Shown here: one piece after another, positions 18,217 through 28,484 of the stretch
Layout of the letters: each line of letters opens with the position of its first letter
Position numbering within the stretch: position 1 is the stretch's first letter
DNA from: an uncultured bacterium
GTDB lineage: Bacteria > CAYUVA01
Length of the DNA: 56,486 nt
Direction of reading: 5' to 3'
Assembly: GCA_964448115.1 (NCBI GenBank)
Contig: CAYUVA010000028.1
Span: forward strand, 1-56,486
Notes under the pieces: generated by a model
Told to the model about the DNA's origin: nothing
The model's input: only the letters and a program-made list of their open reading frames with translations
Databases searched by the model: none
Position numbers and translations under genes: made by a program

Positions 18217-19368
18217 TCAAATCATCTTCAGAAGACGCTCGATCTCAGCAGTATTCGGGTGGCTGATCTTTTTTGCCTGTGAAAGCAGCTTTTTTAGCAT
18301 CTTGGCTGCGGTCTTCTTCTCCCCCATCCGATAGTGTAAAACAGCGATATTCATGGCTACAGTTACCTTTGATTGCTCATCTTTGGCTGCTTCTGCCATG
18401 TCCAATGCTTGATTGTATAAAGCAATAGCTTTACCTCTTTGACGCTGTTTTTCATATACCGCTGCTAGATTGTTCAAGGCTATTATAGCCCCCTGAGAGT
18501 CCTTTAAGTAATTTACATGTAACTGAAGCGCTTGTCTGAATGAACCTATAGCTCTCTGATAGTCTCTCCCTTGCAGGTATATTTTTCCGAGTGAGCTGAG
18601 AGTCTGAGCTAATCCGCGATCATCGCCGAAGGATCTTTGTATGCTCAAAGCCCGGTTGAAGTATTCGATCGCCTTTTTCGGCTGGTTACAAGCCATCTTG
18701 ATCGATCCCAGATCCAATAGCAGATTAGCTGTTCCTTTGAGGTCATCAGCTTGCCTTAATCGAGTCAAAGCGTTCTCGATAAGCTGCTCAGCCCGTTTAT
18801 ACTCTCCCTTATCCCTGAGGATAAGTCCTGCCTTATGGCAACAGAGTGCTTGAGCCTTTAAATCTCCGCTTTTCTGATGATATCCTATTGCCTCCGCATA
18901 CATTCTTATGGCTGCCTCCATTTCATTGGTCTGAGCATGAAGATTAGCCAAGGCTCCCAACACATACCCGATGGTCTTCTTGTCTTTGCAGTGTTTAAGC
19001 AGCCGCATCGATGCCCGGTATTCATTCTTTGCCTGATCATACTTGCCGTTTTGTTCATAAACCATAGCCAGGCTATATAATGTTATCGCTTTGGCATAGA
19101 TGTCTCCAATCTCCTCTTCTAAGACCTCGGCTTGCTTGAAATATCTAATAGCATCTGTTAGCAGGTTTTCTTTGGTTGCTATCTGTCCCAGATTATGCAT
19201 TATATAGGCTTTATTTTTCAGGTCTTGCAGCCTGTCAGCTAAAGGTAGCATGAGGATGAATAGTTTTTGTGCCCGCTTCAGGTCGCCATTTTTATACGAC
19301 TCAATGGCTTCCTTCTTCATCTTAAGGAAGGTTTCGATATCCCGGGAACTATCTTCTCCTTGGCTCAA
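18217..19368 (-). CDS. Tetratricopeptide repeat protein
   Basis: Regular A..L.NLG..Y...G...A...Y..AL repeats throughout. Confidence 0.9.
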   Translation of the reverse strand: MSQGEDSSRDIETFLKMKKEAIESYKNGDLKRAQKLFILMLPLADRLQDLKNKAYIMHNLGQIATKENLLTDAIRYFKQAEVLEEEIGDIYAKAITLYSLAMVYEQNGKYDQAKNEYRASMRLLKHCKDKKTIGYVLGALANLHAQTNEMEAAIRMYAEAIGYHQKSGDLKAQALCCHKAGLILRDKGEYKRAEQLIENALTRLRQADDLKGTANLLLDLGSIKMACNQPKKAIEYFNRALSIQRSFGDDRGLAQTLSSLGKIYLQGRDYQRAIGSFRQALQLHVNYLKDSQGAIIALNNLAAVYEKQRQRGKAIALYNQALDMAEAAKDEQSKVTVAMNIAVLHYRMGEKKTAAKMLKKLLSQAKKISHPNTAEIERLLKMI

Positions 19369-19502
19369 CTATAGGCTCATGGTGATTTAACGGTATCAAC
19401 TCATAACTGCTTAGATAATAAGATATCAATGTTATACCGTTTGCTTGAAAAATCTAAATGGACTCTAAAAGAAATCGCCCCGGGGCACCGGATCTACCCG
19501 GT

Positions 19503-19784
19503 CTAGGTGTCGGGGCTTATTTTATTTGCTGGTTCCTTTATCGGCACCAGCCATTTGATCTCTCTTTTATTCAGCAGAATAAAGACCTTGGAGCTTATCG
19601 GTTTTTTGGTATCCAAAGAGAAAACATGAGCCTCGTGAATAGGAATAAAATCCACATCCGGCCGATTCAGATAATCGGAGAGCCTTTGATTATTGGATTC
19701 ATCAACTGATATCATGATCTTGCCTACTATGGCATACTCTCTGGTGTATATCTTGATTACTGCATTCTTTTCTTCGTCGTTCAT
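19503..19784 (-). CDS. Small conserved hypothetical protein (DUF6812-like)
   Basis: RLSDYLN...FIPIHEA...FILLNKREI pattern; GAGGA RBS before ATG at 19784. Confidence 0.6.
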   Translation of the reverse strand: MNDEEKNAVIKIYTREYAIVGKIMISVDESNNQRLSDYLNRPDVDFIPIHEAHVFSLDTKKPISSKVFILLNKREIKWLVPIKEPANKISPDT

Positions 19785-19898
19785 ATCGTTCCTCAATCCT
19801 GTTTGCTATTATACTATATTATCAGCCATCAATAGTCAACATCTTCGGGGCAAGTAAGAATTACCACTCCCTTATGGTCGTGGCTCGGATTTTGATAT

Positions 19899-19972
19899 CT
19901 TTGTGCCTTTGTGATTTAATAATCATCGCATTTCGCACTCTTTCTTCTTTGAGACTTTGCGTCTTTGGGTGA
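19899..19972 (-). repeat. Dispersed repeat copies (inverted)
   Basis: CTTTGTGCCTTTGTGATT and CTTTGAGACTTTGCGTCTTTGGGTGA. Confidence 0.7.
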
Positions 19973-19998
19973 GTAACCTTCCTCATTTTTTTTAATAA

Positions 19999-21969
19999 CT
20001 ATTCGGGAAGCTCATCGATGCTGTCTATGTCGAGCCATTCGATAGACTGGACGGTGGGCAGTTGCAGTGCTCTCTCTCGATCCAGGTCCAGCTTCATCAG
20101 ATGTACCCCAAGCGGTGCCTGCACCCATTTGTATATGGAGCCGGTGAACAACATCAGAAATCGCTTTACCCAAGCCTTTAGCATCCCCGGCTTATAATCT
20201 GCACGCATCTGCCCAAGCTCCTCATCACTGAACATCGATCTTACCGTCAGGTAAAGATCGACCGGCATAAGCTTCCTGCCAGCGAAAAGGGCGAAACAAG
20301 CATCAAGCACCGCAAACGGCATCAGGTCCATCTCGTCGGCTTGATTATCAGCCAACTCAGCCGAGGCAGTGGTCTCAAGCAGGCGATCTATGCTTTTTAG
20401 CTTCAGTTTCTTGTTAAGGTAACCTAGCATCATGCTCACCACCGTCTTGGGGAGGTTGCCAATAACCGAGAAGCCGCCCTGGAGATCACCCCCAATGGTG
20501 GTATAGCCGACCGCCTTTTCGCTCATGTTACCGGTCTGGATCCATAGTGCACCGGCGCTATTAGCCCAGTTCCACATCCGGGCTGCCCGGATGCGCGCCT
20601 GTATGTTTTGAATGGTCAGCGGGGTAGGATCTTTGCCACCGAGCATCTCCCGGGTAGCAAGCACCTCCCGGGCAAAGGCTTCTTCAATGGAGATCTCCTT
20701 GAAGGTTACGCCCAGCTCCTCGCAGAGCTGGCGGCTAATGCCTCTAGTCGTTTCGGTGTTGTACTTTGTTGGCATCGAGAAGCAGTGGATGAAGTCCATG
20801 ATCGCTTCTTTGGCTTTGTCTTTCTTCAGGTTACCATAGCGTTCCAGGGCGTAATGCCATGCGACAAGCAGCGATAAGGCAGAGTCCTTACCGCCTGAAA
20901 GCGCTATACCTATTCGCTTGAAGATGCGATTCTTCTCGAAATATCCGCTTAAGCCGGTAACCATTGCCCTCAGCAGGTCCTCGAAGCAGTGATCAATACC
21001 CATTCTTTGCTTGTCATCTTGCTGTGGTATGAAGAAGCTCTTGTTAGGGGGGTTCGGGTAATCGTAACCATCCAGGTTCGGCTGGGCAGCGTAGGGTATC
21101 TCAATGCAATTCAATGGAAGGTTCTGGGCCAGGTATCTCTTGCAGTCGTTTCTCCAGGTCGTGTTCTCGCTTCTTTGGCGAGTTGTCTCGGCAAGATCGA
21201 TGACCTGGTAATAGATTCCCTCTCGCCAGCGTGGCGCTTCGGCGATTATCTCTCCATTTTGACAGATAAAACCGCCTCCATCGAAGACCAGCGAGTCTTG
21301 GGCGCCGTATAGGTTAACATAGACCAGCGAGACCTGATTATCGGCTGCTCTGGCTTGAAGCATCCTTCTTCTTATCCGTTCTACTCCCAGCGTCCAGGGC
21401 GAGGCTGATATATTGATGATCAGCTCAGCGCCATTGTATGATCGTCGCAACATTGGACCATCCGCAACCCAGATATCCTCGCAAACCTCTACAGCGAACC
21501 TGCCCCAGGGACTCTGAAATATGATATCTCCGCAGGGAATCTCATCGATGTAGTCCACAGATCCAGCCACAAGAGGCGAGAATGTCCTCGATTCATGGAA
21601 GACACCATAAGTGGGGAGCTTTTCCTTGGGCACCAAGCCGATGATCCTGCCATTACAGATCACGGCGGCGCAGTTATAGATGTGTCCGCTCGATTTAGCC
21701 GCCAGCCCCATGATGAAGATGGTGGGAAACTCGAAGGAAGCGGTGGCTTGGGCGATCTCCCTGAGCTTCTCCATCTGGACATTGACAAAGCCGTCCCACT
21801 GCACCAGGTCCTCGACCGGGTACCCTGAGATCACCTGCTCAGGAAAGCATCCTATGGAACATTCCTTCCGTGCCATTTCACGGGCGTGCTCGATGATTTT
21901 GGCTGTGTTCTTATTTATCGCTCCCACAGTGGGATTAAGATTGGCAATACCAATTTTTGTAAGCCTCAT
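19999..21969 (-). CDS. nadE: Glutamine-dependent NAD+ synthetase
   Basis: Nitrilase domain (FPE..ISGY, KEKLP, CEDIW) plus synthetase domain (ALSGGKDS, QNIQARIR, GNMSE, GYTT.GGD, ASAEL); start 21969 or 22017. Confidence 0.92.
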   Translation of the reverse strand: MRLTKIGIANLNPTVGAINKNTAKIIEHAREMARKECSIGCFPEQVISGYPVEDLVQWDGFVNVQMEKLREIAQATASFEFPTIFIMGLAAKSSGHIYNCAAVICNGRIIGLVPKEKLPTYGVFHESRTFSPLVAGSVDYIDEIPCGDIIFQSPWGRFAVEVCEDIWVADGPMLRRSYNGAELIINISASPWTLGVERIRRRMLQARAADNQVSLVYVNLYGAQDSLVFDGGGFICQNGEIIAEAPRWREGIYYQVIDLAETTRQRSENTTWRNDCKRYLAQNLPLNCIEIPYAAQPNLDGYDYPNPPNKSFFIPQQDDKQRMGIDHCFEDLLRAMVTGLSGYFEKNRIFKRIGIALSGGKDSALSLLVAWHYALERYGNLKKDKAKEAIMDFIHCFSMPTKYNTETTRGISRQLCEELGVTFKEISIEEAFAREVLATREMLGGKDPTPLTIQNIQARIRAARMWNWANSAGALWIQTGNMSEKAVGYTTIGGDLQGGFSVIGNLPKTVVSMMLGYLNKKLKLKSIDRLLETTASAELADNQADEMDLMPFAVLDACFALFAGRKLMPVDLYLTVRSMFSDEELGQMRADYKPGMLKAWVKRFLMLFTGSIYKWVQAPLGVHLMKLDLDRERALQLPTVQSIEWLDIDSIDELPE

Positions 21970-22052
21970 GATCGGGTGTTCCTCACTTTTCTCATGACAT
22001 ATTTCTATATGCCCCAAATATTACAAGCCGATCCAGGTGAAGTAAACCATGG

Positions 22053-22334
22053 CTACGGATTGTCGTATCTTTTTAATCGAGGCGCGATCTCGGTTATGGC
22101 AAGGTATATGCACAGCCCCACCAGTGCGATCCAGGTCTCCATTGCATAAAGTCTTCTTATGACCAGCTTCTCGAAGGGCATGTTCCTTGCCGCCGAGAAA
22201 AGCGGTCCTGGTGCTCCCGAAGCTGTGATCACGAAAAACACCTGGTATGCGCCATAGAAGATCTGCACAATGAAATTGAGTATAATGAAATAGTGCAGCG
22301 CCAGCAGGCACCATTTCCCCTTTCTCATTCTCAA
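22053..22334 (-). CDS. Small two-TM membrane protein
   Basis: Two hydrophobic segments; overlaps the ptsI stop codon by 4 nt. Confidence 0.6.
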   Translation of the reverse strand: MRMRKGKWCLLALHYFIILNFIVQIFYGAYQVFFVITASGAPGPLFSAARNMPFEKLVIRRLYAMETWIALVGLCIYLAITEIAPRLKRYDNP

Positions 22335-24091
22335 TACCTCCTGGGCAGCGAATGGTGTGCGTAGAACTCGGTCATAAGGACGGTTTCTATCTCCTCGGCG
22401 GTTTTCTGTTTGAGCAGCCTTTTGCTAAGCTCCCTCACCTTGGCGTATTCTATACTACGCACCATCTTTTTCACCTGGGGTAATGCCACCGGGTTCATGG
22501 ACAGCTTATCTATTCCCAGCCCCACCAATATCGGCGTATAGGCGGTCTCACCTGCCATCTCGCCGCATAGCCCTACCCAGATGCCGTGGTCATGAGCTGC
22601 CTTGATTACCGTGTCGATGGCGTTGAGCACCGCTGGATGCAAGGGATCGTACAGATAGGCGACCGCATCATTGACCCTATCGACAGCGAAGAGATACTGT
22701 ATGAGATCATTGGTCCCGATGCTGAAGAAATCGCAGTGTTGAGCTAAAACAGGAGCCAAGATGGCTGCCGAGGGAACCTCGATCATGATGCCTATTCTTA
22801 TATGATGGTCGAAGGGGATATCCTGTTTATATAGGGAATCCATCGCCTTTTTCACCGCATCCCTTGCCTGGATCAACTCTGCGGTATTGGAGATCATGGG
22901 AAACATGATATGAACATTGCCATAGTGGCTTGCTCTCAGGATAGCTTTTAGCTGGGGCTGAAATATCTCCGGATGCCTAAGACAAAGCCTGATCGCTCTT
23001 AAGCCGAGCGATGAGATCAGCTCCGGAGACAGTTTCATGGCAGAGATGAACTTATCTCCACCGATATCGACGGTTCTGATGATGACCTTGCCATCGGGGA
23101 AGCCCTCGGCAAGGGTCTTGTAAACCTGGAACTGCTCCTCTTCGCCAGGGGGAGCTCCTTTGTTAAGGTACAAGTACTCGCTGCGAAACAAGCCGACGCT
23201 TTTTGCTCCGTAATCTTTTGCGGTGGGTATCCCGTCAATTAGCTCCAGGTTGGCTGCCAGCTCGATGTAATATCCATCGGTGGTTATCGGGCGCAGGTCT
23301 TTAAGCTCCCTGGCTTTGCTGCGTTTTTCAATATATATCCTTAGTTTTTCCTGATATTGGTTCAGGCTTTGCTGGGCAGGTTTAATGATCACCTTTCCGC
23401 TGGCACCATCGACAATTACATTATCCCCGGCTCGGAGTCGTGCAGGGAGTCTTCCAACTCCCACAACGGCAGGTATCTCCAAGGCTCTTGCCATGATTGC
23501 CGTATGGGAGGTTTTACTGCCCACCTCGGTAACGAAGCCCAGCACGATATCTCGTCTCATGACCGCGGTCTCGGTTGGGCTTAGGTCATGCGCCATGAGC
23601 ACGCAAGGCTCCACCGTCTCAAGCGTTGCCGGGCTATATATACCTAAAAGCTCGTTCAATACCTGACTCAGAACGCTTTTGACATCATGCTGCTTGTCCT
23701 TGATGAACTCATCCGATATGCCCTCCAGTAGCTCGGTGAATTTGTTCATAACAGTATAAATGGCATATTCGGCGGTAACCAGATCTTCGCTGATAAGCTC
23801 TTCTGCCGTGTTTACGATAAGTTCATCATTTAATATGTGGATATGGATATCGAAGATGAAGGAATGCTCCCTGCCTAACTGTGCTTCTAGTATTTCCTTT
23901 CGCTCGTTGAGGTCTTCTTTTACGCTTTCGATCGCTTTCTTGAGACGATAGATCTCCCCTTTCACCTGTTCAGGGTAGATGGTTTCCTTCTCTATTTTTT
24001 GAATATCGGTCTTAAATAGCACTACCGGTCCGACCGCTATGCCCTCTGAGACTCCAATCCCTTCCAGTATGATTTCATTGCTGCTGGACAT
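22331..24091 (-). CDS. ptsI: Phosphoenolpyruvate-protein phosphotransferase (PTS enzyme I)
   Basis: TSHTAIMAR phospho-His motif, GLFRSE, RTVDIGGDK, MIEVP, FSIGTNDLIQY, CGEMAG. Confidence 0.95.
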   Translation of the reverse strand: MSSSNEIILEGIGVSEGIAVGPVVLFKTDIQKIEKETIYPEQVKGEIYRLKKAIESVKEDLNERKEILEAQLGREHSFIFDIHIHILNDELIVNTAEELISEDLVTAEYAIYTVMNKFTELLEGISDEFIKDKQHDVKSVLSQVLNELLGIYSPATLETVEPCVLMAHDLSPTETAVMRRDIVLGFVTEVGSKTSHTAIMARALEIPAVVGVGRLPARLRAGDNVIVDGASGKVIIKPAQQSLNQYQEKLRIYIEKRSKARELKDLRPITTDGYYIELAANLELIDGIPTAKDYGAKSVGLFRSEYLYLNKGAPPGEEEQFQVYKTLAEGFPDGKVIIRTVDIGGDKFISAMKLSPELISSLGLRAIRLCLRHPEIFQPQLKAILRASHYGNVHIMFPMISNTAELIQARDAVKKAMDSLYKQDIPFDHHIRIGIMIEVPSAAILAPVLAQHCDFFSIGTNDLIQYLFAVDRVNDAVAYLYDPLHPAVLNAIDTVIKAAHDHGIWVGLCGEMAGETAYTPILVGLGIDKLSMNPVALPQVKKMVRSIEYAKVRELSKRLLKQKTAEEIETVLMTEFYAHHSLPRRY

Positions 24092-24360
24092 CAATAGTCC
24101 TCATAGAACCTATTTCTCACCAGGTCGATGATCGCATTCATGGCTTCGCGCTCGTCCGGTCCCTCGGTTATCACCCAGAACCTGCATCCCCGGCAACCTT
24201 CAAGTAAAAAGATCCCCATGATATTGTTGGCATCGATCTTCATGCCATCCTTGATAAATGTAATACTGCTGGCAAATTTTTTTGCCAGTTGCCCCAGCTT
24301 GGTTGCAGCCGCAGCGTGTATCCCCCGCTCGTTGACTATGGTTACTAGCCTTTTTTGCAT
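24091..24360 (-). CDS. ptsH: HPr-family phosphocarrier (atypical)
   Basis: 89 aa; VNERGIHA; EGPDEREA; directly upstream of ptsI with TGATG overlap. Confidence 0.8.
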   Translation of the reverse strand: MQKRLVTIVNERGIHAAAATKLGQLAKKFASSITFIKDGMKIDANNIMGIFLLEGCRGCRFWVITEGPDEREAMNAIIDLVRNRFYEDY

Positions 24361-24409
24361 TGCTTATATTACACTTGCCCTATTAGCTTGGTAAAGCAGC
24401 ATAAAGGAT

Positions 24410-24871
24410 TTATTCCTCCTGATCGGCGGATTCAAACAAGGAGTATATCTCTGCGCTATCTTTTGCTTTTGCCAGTGCACTTCTATATTTTTCATTGCCA
24501 AGTATTCGAGCGATCTTGGCTAAAGCTCTCAGGTTCTCGTTGGGAGCGTTCTCTGGCGCCAATAGAAGAAAAAAGAAGTGAGTAGGCTTTTCATCCAGTG
24601 ACTCAAAGTCGGTTCCCTCAGGGCAACGGGCAAAGGCGCAGATAAATCTGTTTAGATTGTTTACCTTGCCATGAGGTATCGCCACTCCATTACCGATGGC
24701 TGTTGATACAAGTTCCTCTCTTTTTTTTAGGATTTCAAGGATCTTTCCCTTTTGTTTTACCTTCTTGTTTGATGCCAAAAGCTCCACCAATGTCTTCAGG
24801 ATCTCATCCTTGGGAGCTGGTTTCAGGTCTGGAATGATGTCTTCCTTGGCAAGTATAGATGTGATCTTCAA
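24410..24871 (-). CDS. ptsN: PTS IIA component, nitrogen-regulatory/fructose type
   Basis: REELVSTAIGNGVAIPH, DFESLD.KP, stand-alone 153 aa. Confidence 0.85.
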   Translation of the reverse strand: MKITSILAKEDIIPDLKPAPKDEILKTLVELLASNKKVKQKGKILEILKKREELVSTAIGNGVAIPHGKVNNLNRFICAFARCPEGTDFESLDEKPTHFFFLLLAPENAPNENLRALAKIARILGNEKYRSALAKAKDSAEIYSLFESADQEE

Positions 24872-24983
24872 TATCAGCTCACCTCAATTCGTTTTACCTG
24901 TTATTATATTAACAACACTTCAACTTTATTATATCAAAAAAGCGACCAGGACATAAATCCAACATGCGTGTATCACCATGATC

Positions 24984-25017
24984 GATAAATTGACATTTAT
25001 CAAGTCGAGGTTATAAT
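24984..25017 (+). promoter_or_regulatory. Consensus sigma70 promoter with a palindrome over the -35
   Basis: TTGACA (24990-24995), 16 nt, TATAAT (25012-25017); GATAAAT-N4-ATTTATC at 24984-25001; AGGAGG RBS before GTG 25051. Confidence 0.75.
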
Positions 25018-25050
25018 CGTTTTGCTTTACTGATCGGTATAAAAAGGAGG

Positions 25051-28000
25051 GTGGCTTCGTTGATCTATGGTCGAGAAAAAGAGCTGGAAAAGGTAAATAA
25101 GCTCCTATCTGACAAGGTGCCTTTTATATTCCTCATCGGGCAGCGCGGTTCGGGGAAAACGAGTTTCCTTGACGAGGTCGGCAACCGGCTCAGTGAGAAC
25201 GAAAGCATTCTAGTCGTAAAATACAAGCCATTCTTCCTGGAGTCACTCAGCATGCCCTACCTGGAGATCATAAATAGCTTGCTGCATAGCATGGTTACCC
25301 ATGAGAGCAAGAAGATCCAAAAAAGGAGCATAAGAGCCATAAAATCTGCCATTGCCCGATTGGATGCCCGCAAGAATCCACAATATCAAGCCTACCTGTT
25401 AAAATTATTAAAGAAGCTCGATAGACAGGTCGCTGAAGAGCTACAGAAATTATTGGGCAGGCAACTGAATGATCATAATGCGGAACAGGTGCAAACCCTG
25501 CCTGCAATAGATCGCCAGAACCTCTCGGAGTTCTTCAATTGGTTCGAGGATTTTTTGGTATTTATTGCCGATGAGCTGGAGGATGTGGCAATATATTTCT
25601 TGATCGATGAGATCCAGCAACTGCGAGGTCCCAGCATCGAGAACATCCTCTACTCGGAAAGATTGACCTTAAAAAAGATCCACTTCATATTCGGCTTGGA
25701 GAGCGGTGGAGATCGAGGAGAGCGGATGCGACATGCCATATATTCTCAGTATCTCCATGAGGGAATTATCATTGATCTAGGTCCGCTAGATCGCGAGTCG
25801 ATCAACCGCTGGGTACAAAAGGAGAAGCGAGCAGCCCTGAATAACGAGCAGCTCGATCTCATCCTTGAGGTTACCGGCGGATTGCCTGCCCTTATCCATA
25901 GCTGGATGAGCTCCGAGAAGGAAGGGCTGGGAGAAATGGATCCAGAGAAGATAAAAAACTACACCTACCTTTCCGAGCAGGTAGGCAACCTCCCCGCCGA
26001 GATAAGAAGATTTCTACGACAATTGAGCATCCTGGATTTTCCGCTTGAGATCTCCGATTATGCGAAGCTTACCAGGTTCTCGGAGCAGGAGGTTGCTGGG
26101 TTCTTAGTCGAGCTGGAAAAAATGGGACTATTCTTCCGCTATGACCAAAAGCCCTGGTTTGCGACAAAAGACTATAAGCAGGTTGTTTACCAGGGGGTGC
26201 TGAGCAACCTGTTGCGCAAGTACCATCAAAATGTGATCAAACTTTTCGAGGAAAAATATGGACACCAGCTCCAGGAATTCAATGACGAGAATACACAAAT
26301 ACTGCTCTCTTATTCAAACCATCTGTTCAAGGCTATGGAGTATCGTAAAGCCTTTCAATATAACACCAGGCTTGGAGATTTCTTCTTGGAGCAAAAGAGC
26401 TATCTTCTAGCCTTCGAGACCCTCCAGCGCGCTACGGAAGCAGGGAAGCTGGTCGGCTATGACGATGAGGCGATGATCCTGCAAGCCAATCTGGGCTATA
26501 TCTACTTCCAGAAACAGGATTATGAGGAGGCTGGCAAGATATTCAAGGAATTGAGCGAGTTCTTCGCCCGCCGCCAGGACAGGCACAATCTTTCCATCGC
26601 ATTATACCACCTGGCGAACACCTCCTACCGCCTCGGCAAATACGAGGATGCAAAAAAGAGTATCCAAGGATTCCTCGATTCTGCCGACGAGGATGATAAA
26701 CTGAATTACGGTGTCAAGGCATACATCCTGCTAGGGGATATACATGTAAGGCTTGGGGAGCTTGATGAGGCGGAAAAGGTTTATGAGAAGATTCTTCCAG
26801 TAGCCGAGGAGGATACGACAGATCCAGTCTCTGCCGGACTGATATACCATTCCCTGGGGAATATCAGAGCCAGACGCAGCCAGTACGAGGCTGCCCAAGA
26901 GCTTTATTTACAGGCGATCTCAATCTTTGAGCGCAACAAGATATTCCAGGAGAAGGCGCTTTCGCTCTCCAACCTGTCATCGGTCTTTATCTCCCAGGAT
27001 CGCATCAATGATGCTATTAAGAAGCTGTTCGAGGCAGAAGCGGAGATAAAAAAGTGCAAACAACGCACTAACCTCGCCTTCATATATAGCCAGATCGGGA
27101 TCGCATACTCGATGCTGAACGATAACGACAAGGCTTATGAATACCTCAACCTGGCGCAGCGGTATGCAGAGAACCTTCATCTACAAAAGATCCTGGCAAA
27201 GGTCTTCTTCTATAAAGGGCTTATCGAGCAGAGTCGAAATAACCTGGATGAAGCCCTCACCACCTTGGAGAATGCCTATCGGCTCGCCGAGAAGGAGGGA
27301 ATAAGCGAGCAAAACAAACACACTGCCATCAGGCTAGGCAGGCTTTACATTCACAAGGGGGAATACGAGAGAGCTATCTCCATGTTCGAGTCAGCGCTTA
27401 GAGAGTTCGAGAAGGAGCAAGATATCAAGAACATGGCAGCCCTTAATCGCTATATCGGGGATTCATACCTTAGGCTAGGCTTGCGAGACAAGGCTAGGAA
27501 AGCTTATGATAAATGCCTTGCTCAACTTGAGAGGCTCCAGGATGACCAGGATATACTTGCCAAGGTTACCGCTCAGATCAAGATCCAACTCGGCGAGATC
27601 GGGGAGGACATCGATATCCTTGAGATCTATCGAGATATACTGAAACAAGCCAGGGTACATAATGACAAGCTCGGTGAGGCAAAGATACTGAATAACATAG
27701 CAGTAATAAACCAAAGAAGAGGAAAACTCGGCGAGGCGGAGGATTACTACATTCAAGCCCTTGAGGTCGCCCAGCAACAAAGAATCCATATAATGGTCAG
27801 GGTTCTGATCAACCTGGGCTTTTTAAAGGTGGCTCAAGGCGAGCTTGACCGCGCAGAGGAGTATTATACCGAGCTGCAAAAGGCTCTTGCGCAGTTTACC
27901 AGCCCTGCACTTCAGGCTGATTCCATGCTTTTATATGGCATTATCAAGTACTACAAGGGGGCGATCCGGGAGTCCATCGAGCATCTTAAATACACGCTGC

Positions 28001-28479
28001 GATTGTATAATAACCTGAAAGCCGAGGAGCGAGCCAAGCTGACCATGAAATGGCTGGGCATGGCTTACCAGGCTGCACAGGAGTTCGATGAAGCAGCCTC
28101 CTGCATGACAGAGGTGCTCAGGGATAACGGCCAGTTGACCGCAAAGGATCGAGCCACGCTTTACTTCAGGCTCGGAACCATACGGATGGAGCAGGGAGAG
28201 TACTCAAAAGCAAACGAAAGCCTTATGAGTGCTATGGAGGAGGTTCAACAGGTCGAGGATAAGGCGCTCATGGTGCGCATTCTGGCTCAAACTGCCATAA
28301 ATGAGTTGAGAGCAAGGCACTACCAGGAAGCGATCAGCAACTTCCTGGCAGCCTCAAGGCTGGACAACCAGGAAAACCTGGGCATGGAAGAGCTGATCAA
28401 CACATATCTTGATAATATCCTTGATGAGATCGGTTTGGAGCTTTTTACCCGCTATTCTAGGGCAGCAAAACAATCGTAA
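25051..28479 (+). CDS. STAND-like P-loop NTPase with long C-terminal TPR array
   Basis: YGREKEL, Walker A GQRGSGKT, Walker B YFLIDEIQ, GGLP (GxP), wHTH-like segment, then about 700 aa of TPRs. Confidence 0.85.
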   Translation: MASLIYGREKELEKVNKLLSDKVPFIFLIGQRGSGKTSFLDEVGNRLSENESILVVKYKPFFLESLSMPYLEIINSLLHSMVTHESKKIQKRSIRAIKSAIARLDARKNPQYQAYLLKLLKKLDRQVAEELQKLLGRQLNDHNAEQVQTLPAIDRQNLSEFFNWFEDFLVFIADELEDVAIYFLIDEIQQLRGPSIENILYSERLTLKKIHFIFGLESGGDRGERMRHAIYSQYLHEGIIIDLGPLDRESINRWVQKEKRAALNNEQLDLILEVTGGLPALIHSWMSSEKEGLGEMDPEKIKNYTYLSEQVGNLPAEIRRFLRQLSILDFPLEISDYAKLTRFSEQEVAGFLVELEKMGLFFRYDQKPWFATKDYKQVVYQGVLSNLLRKYHQNVIKLFEEKYGHQLQEFNDENTQILLSYSNHLFKAMEYRKAFQYNTRLGDFFLEQKSYLLAFETLQRATEAGKLVGYDDEAMILQANLGYIYFQKQDYEEAGKIFKELSEFFARRQDRHNLSIALYHLANTSYRLGKYEDAKKSIQGFLDSADEDDKLNYGVKAYILLGDIHVRLGELDEAEKVYEKILPVAEEDTTDPVSAGLIYHSLGNIRARRSQYEAAQELYLQAISIFERNKIFQEKALSLSNLSSVFISQDRINDAIKKLFEAEAEIKKCKQRTNLAFIYSQIGIAYSMLNDNDKAYEYLNLAQRYAENLHLQKILAKVFFYKGLIEQSRNNLDEALTTLENAYRLAEKEGISEQNKHTAIRLGRLYIHKGEYERAISMFESALREFEKEQDIKNMAALNRYIGDSYLRLGLRDKARKAYDKCLAQLERLQDDQDILAKVTAQIKIQLGEIGEDIDILEIYRDILKQARVHNDKLGEAKILNNIAVINQRRGKLGEAEDYYIQALEVAQQQRIHIMVRVLINLGFLKVAQGELDRAEEYYTELQKALAQFTSPALQADSMLLYGIIKYYKGAIRESIEHLKYTLRLYNNLKAEERAKLTMKWLGMAYQAAQEFDEAASCMTEVLRDNGQLTAKDRATLYFRLGTIRMEQGEYSKANESLMSAMEEVQQVEDKALMVRILAQTAINELRARHYQEAISNFLAASRLDNQENLGMEELINTYLDNILDEIGLELFTRYSRAAKQS

Positions 28480-28484
28480 TAAAA

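Noticed and set aside
18150-18266. ATG overlapping the gspI stop as a possible gspJ
   Set aside because: Only 38 codons, no prepilin GFTLxE motif, and it runs into the convergent TPR gene
19369-19380. In-frame ATG-AGC-CTA-TAG just upstream of the TPR gene, suggesting amber readthrough
   Set aside because: It would add only four residues, and TAG ends several ordinary genes here (e.g. 8972, 11306, 55645)
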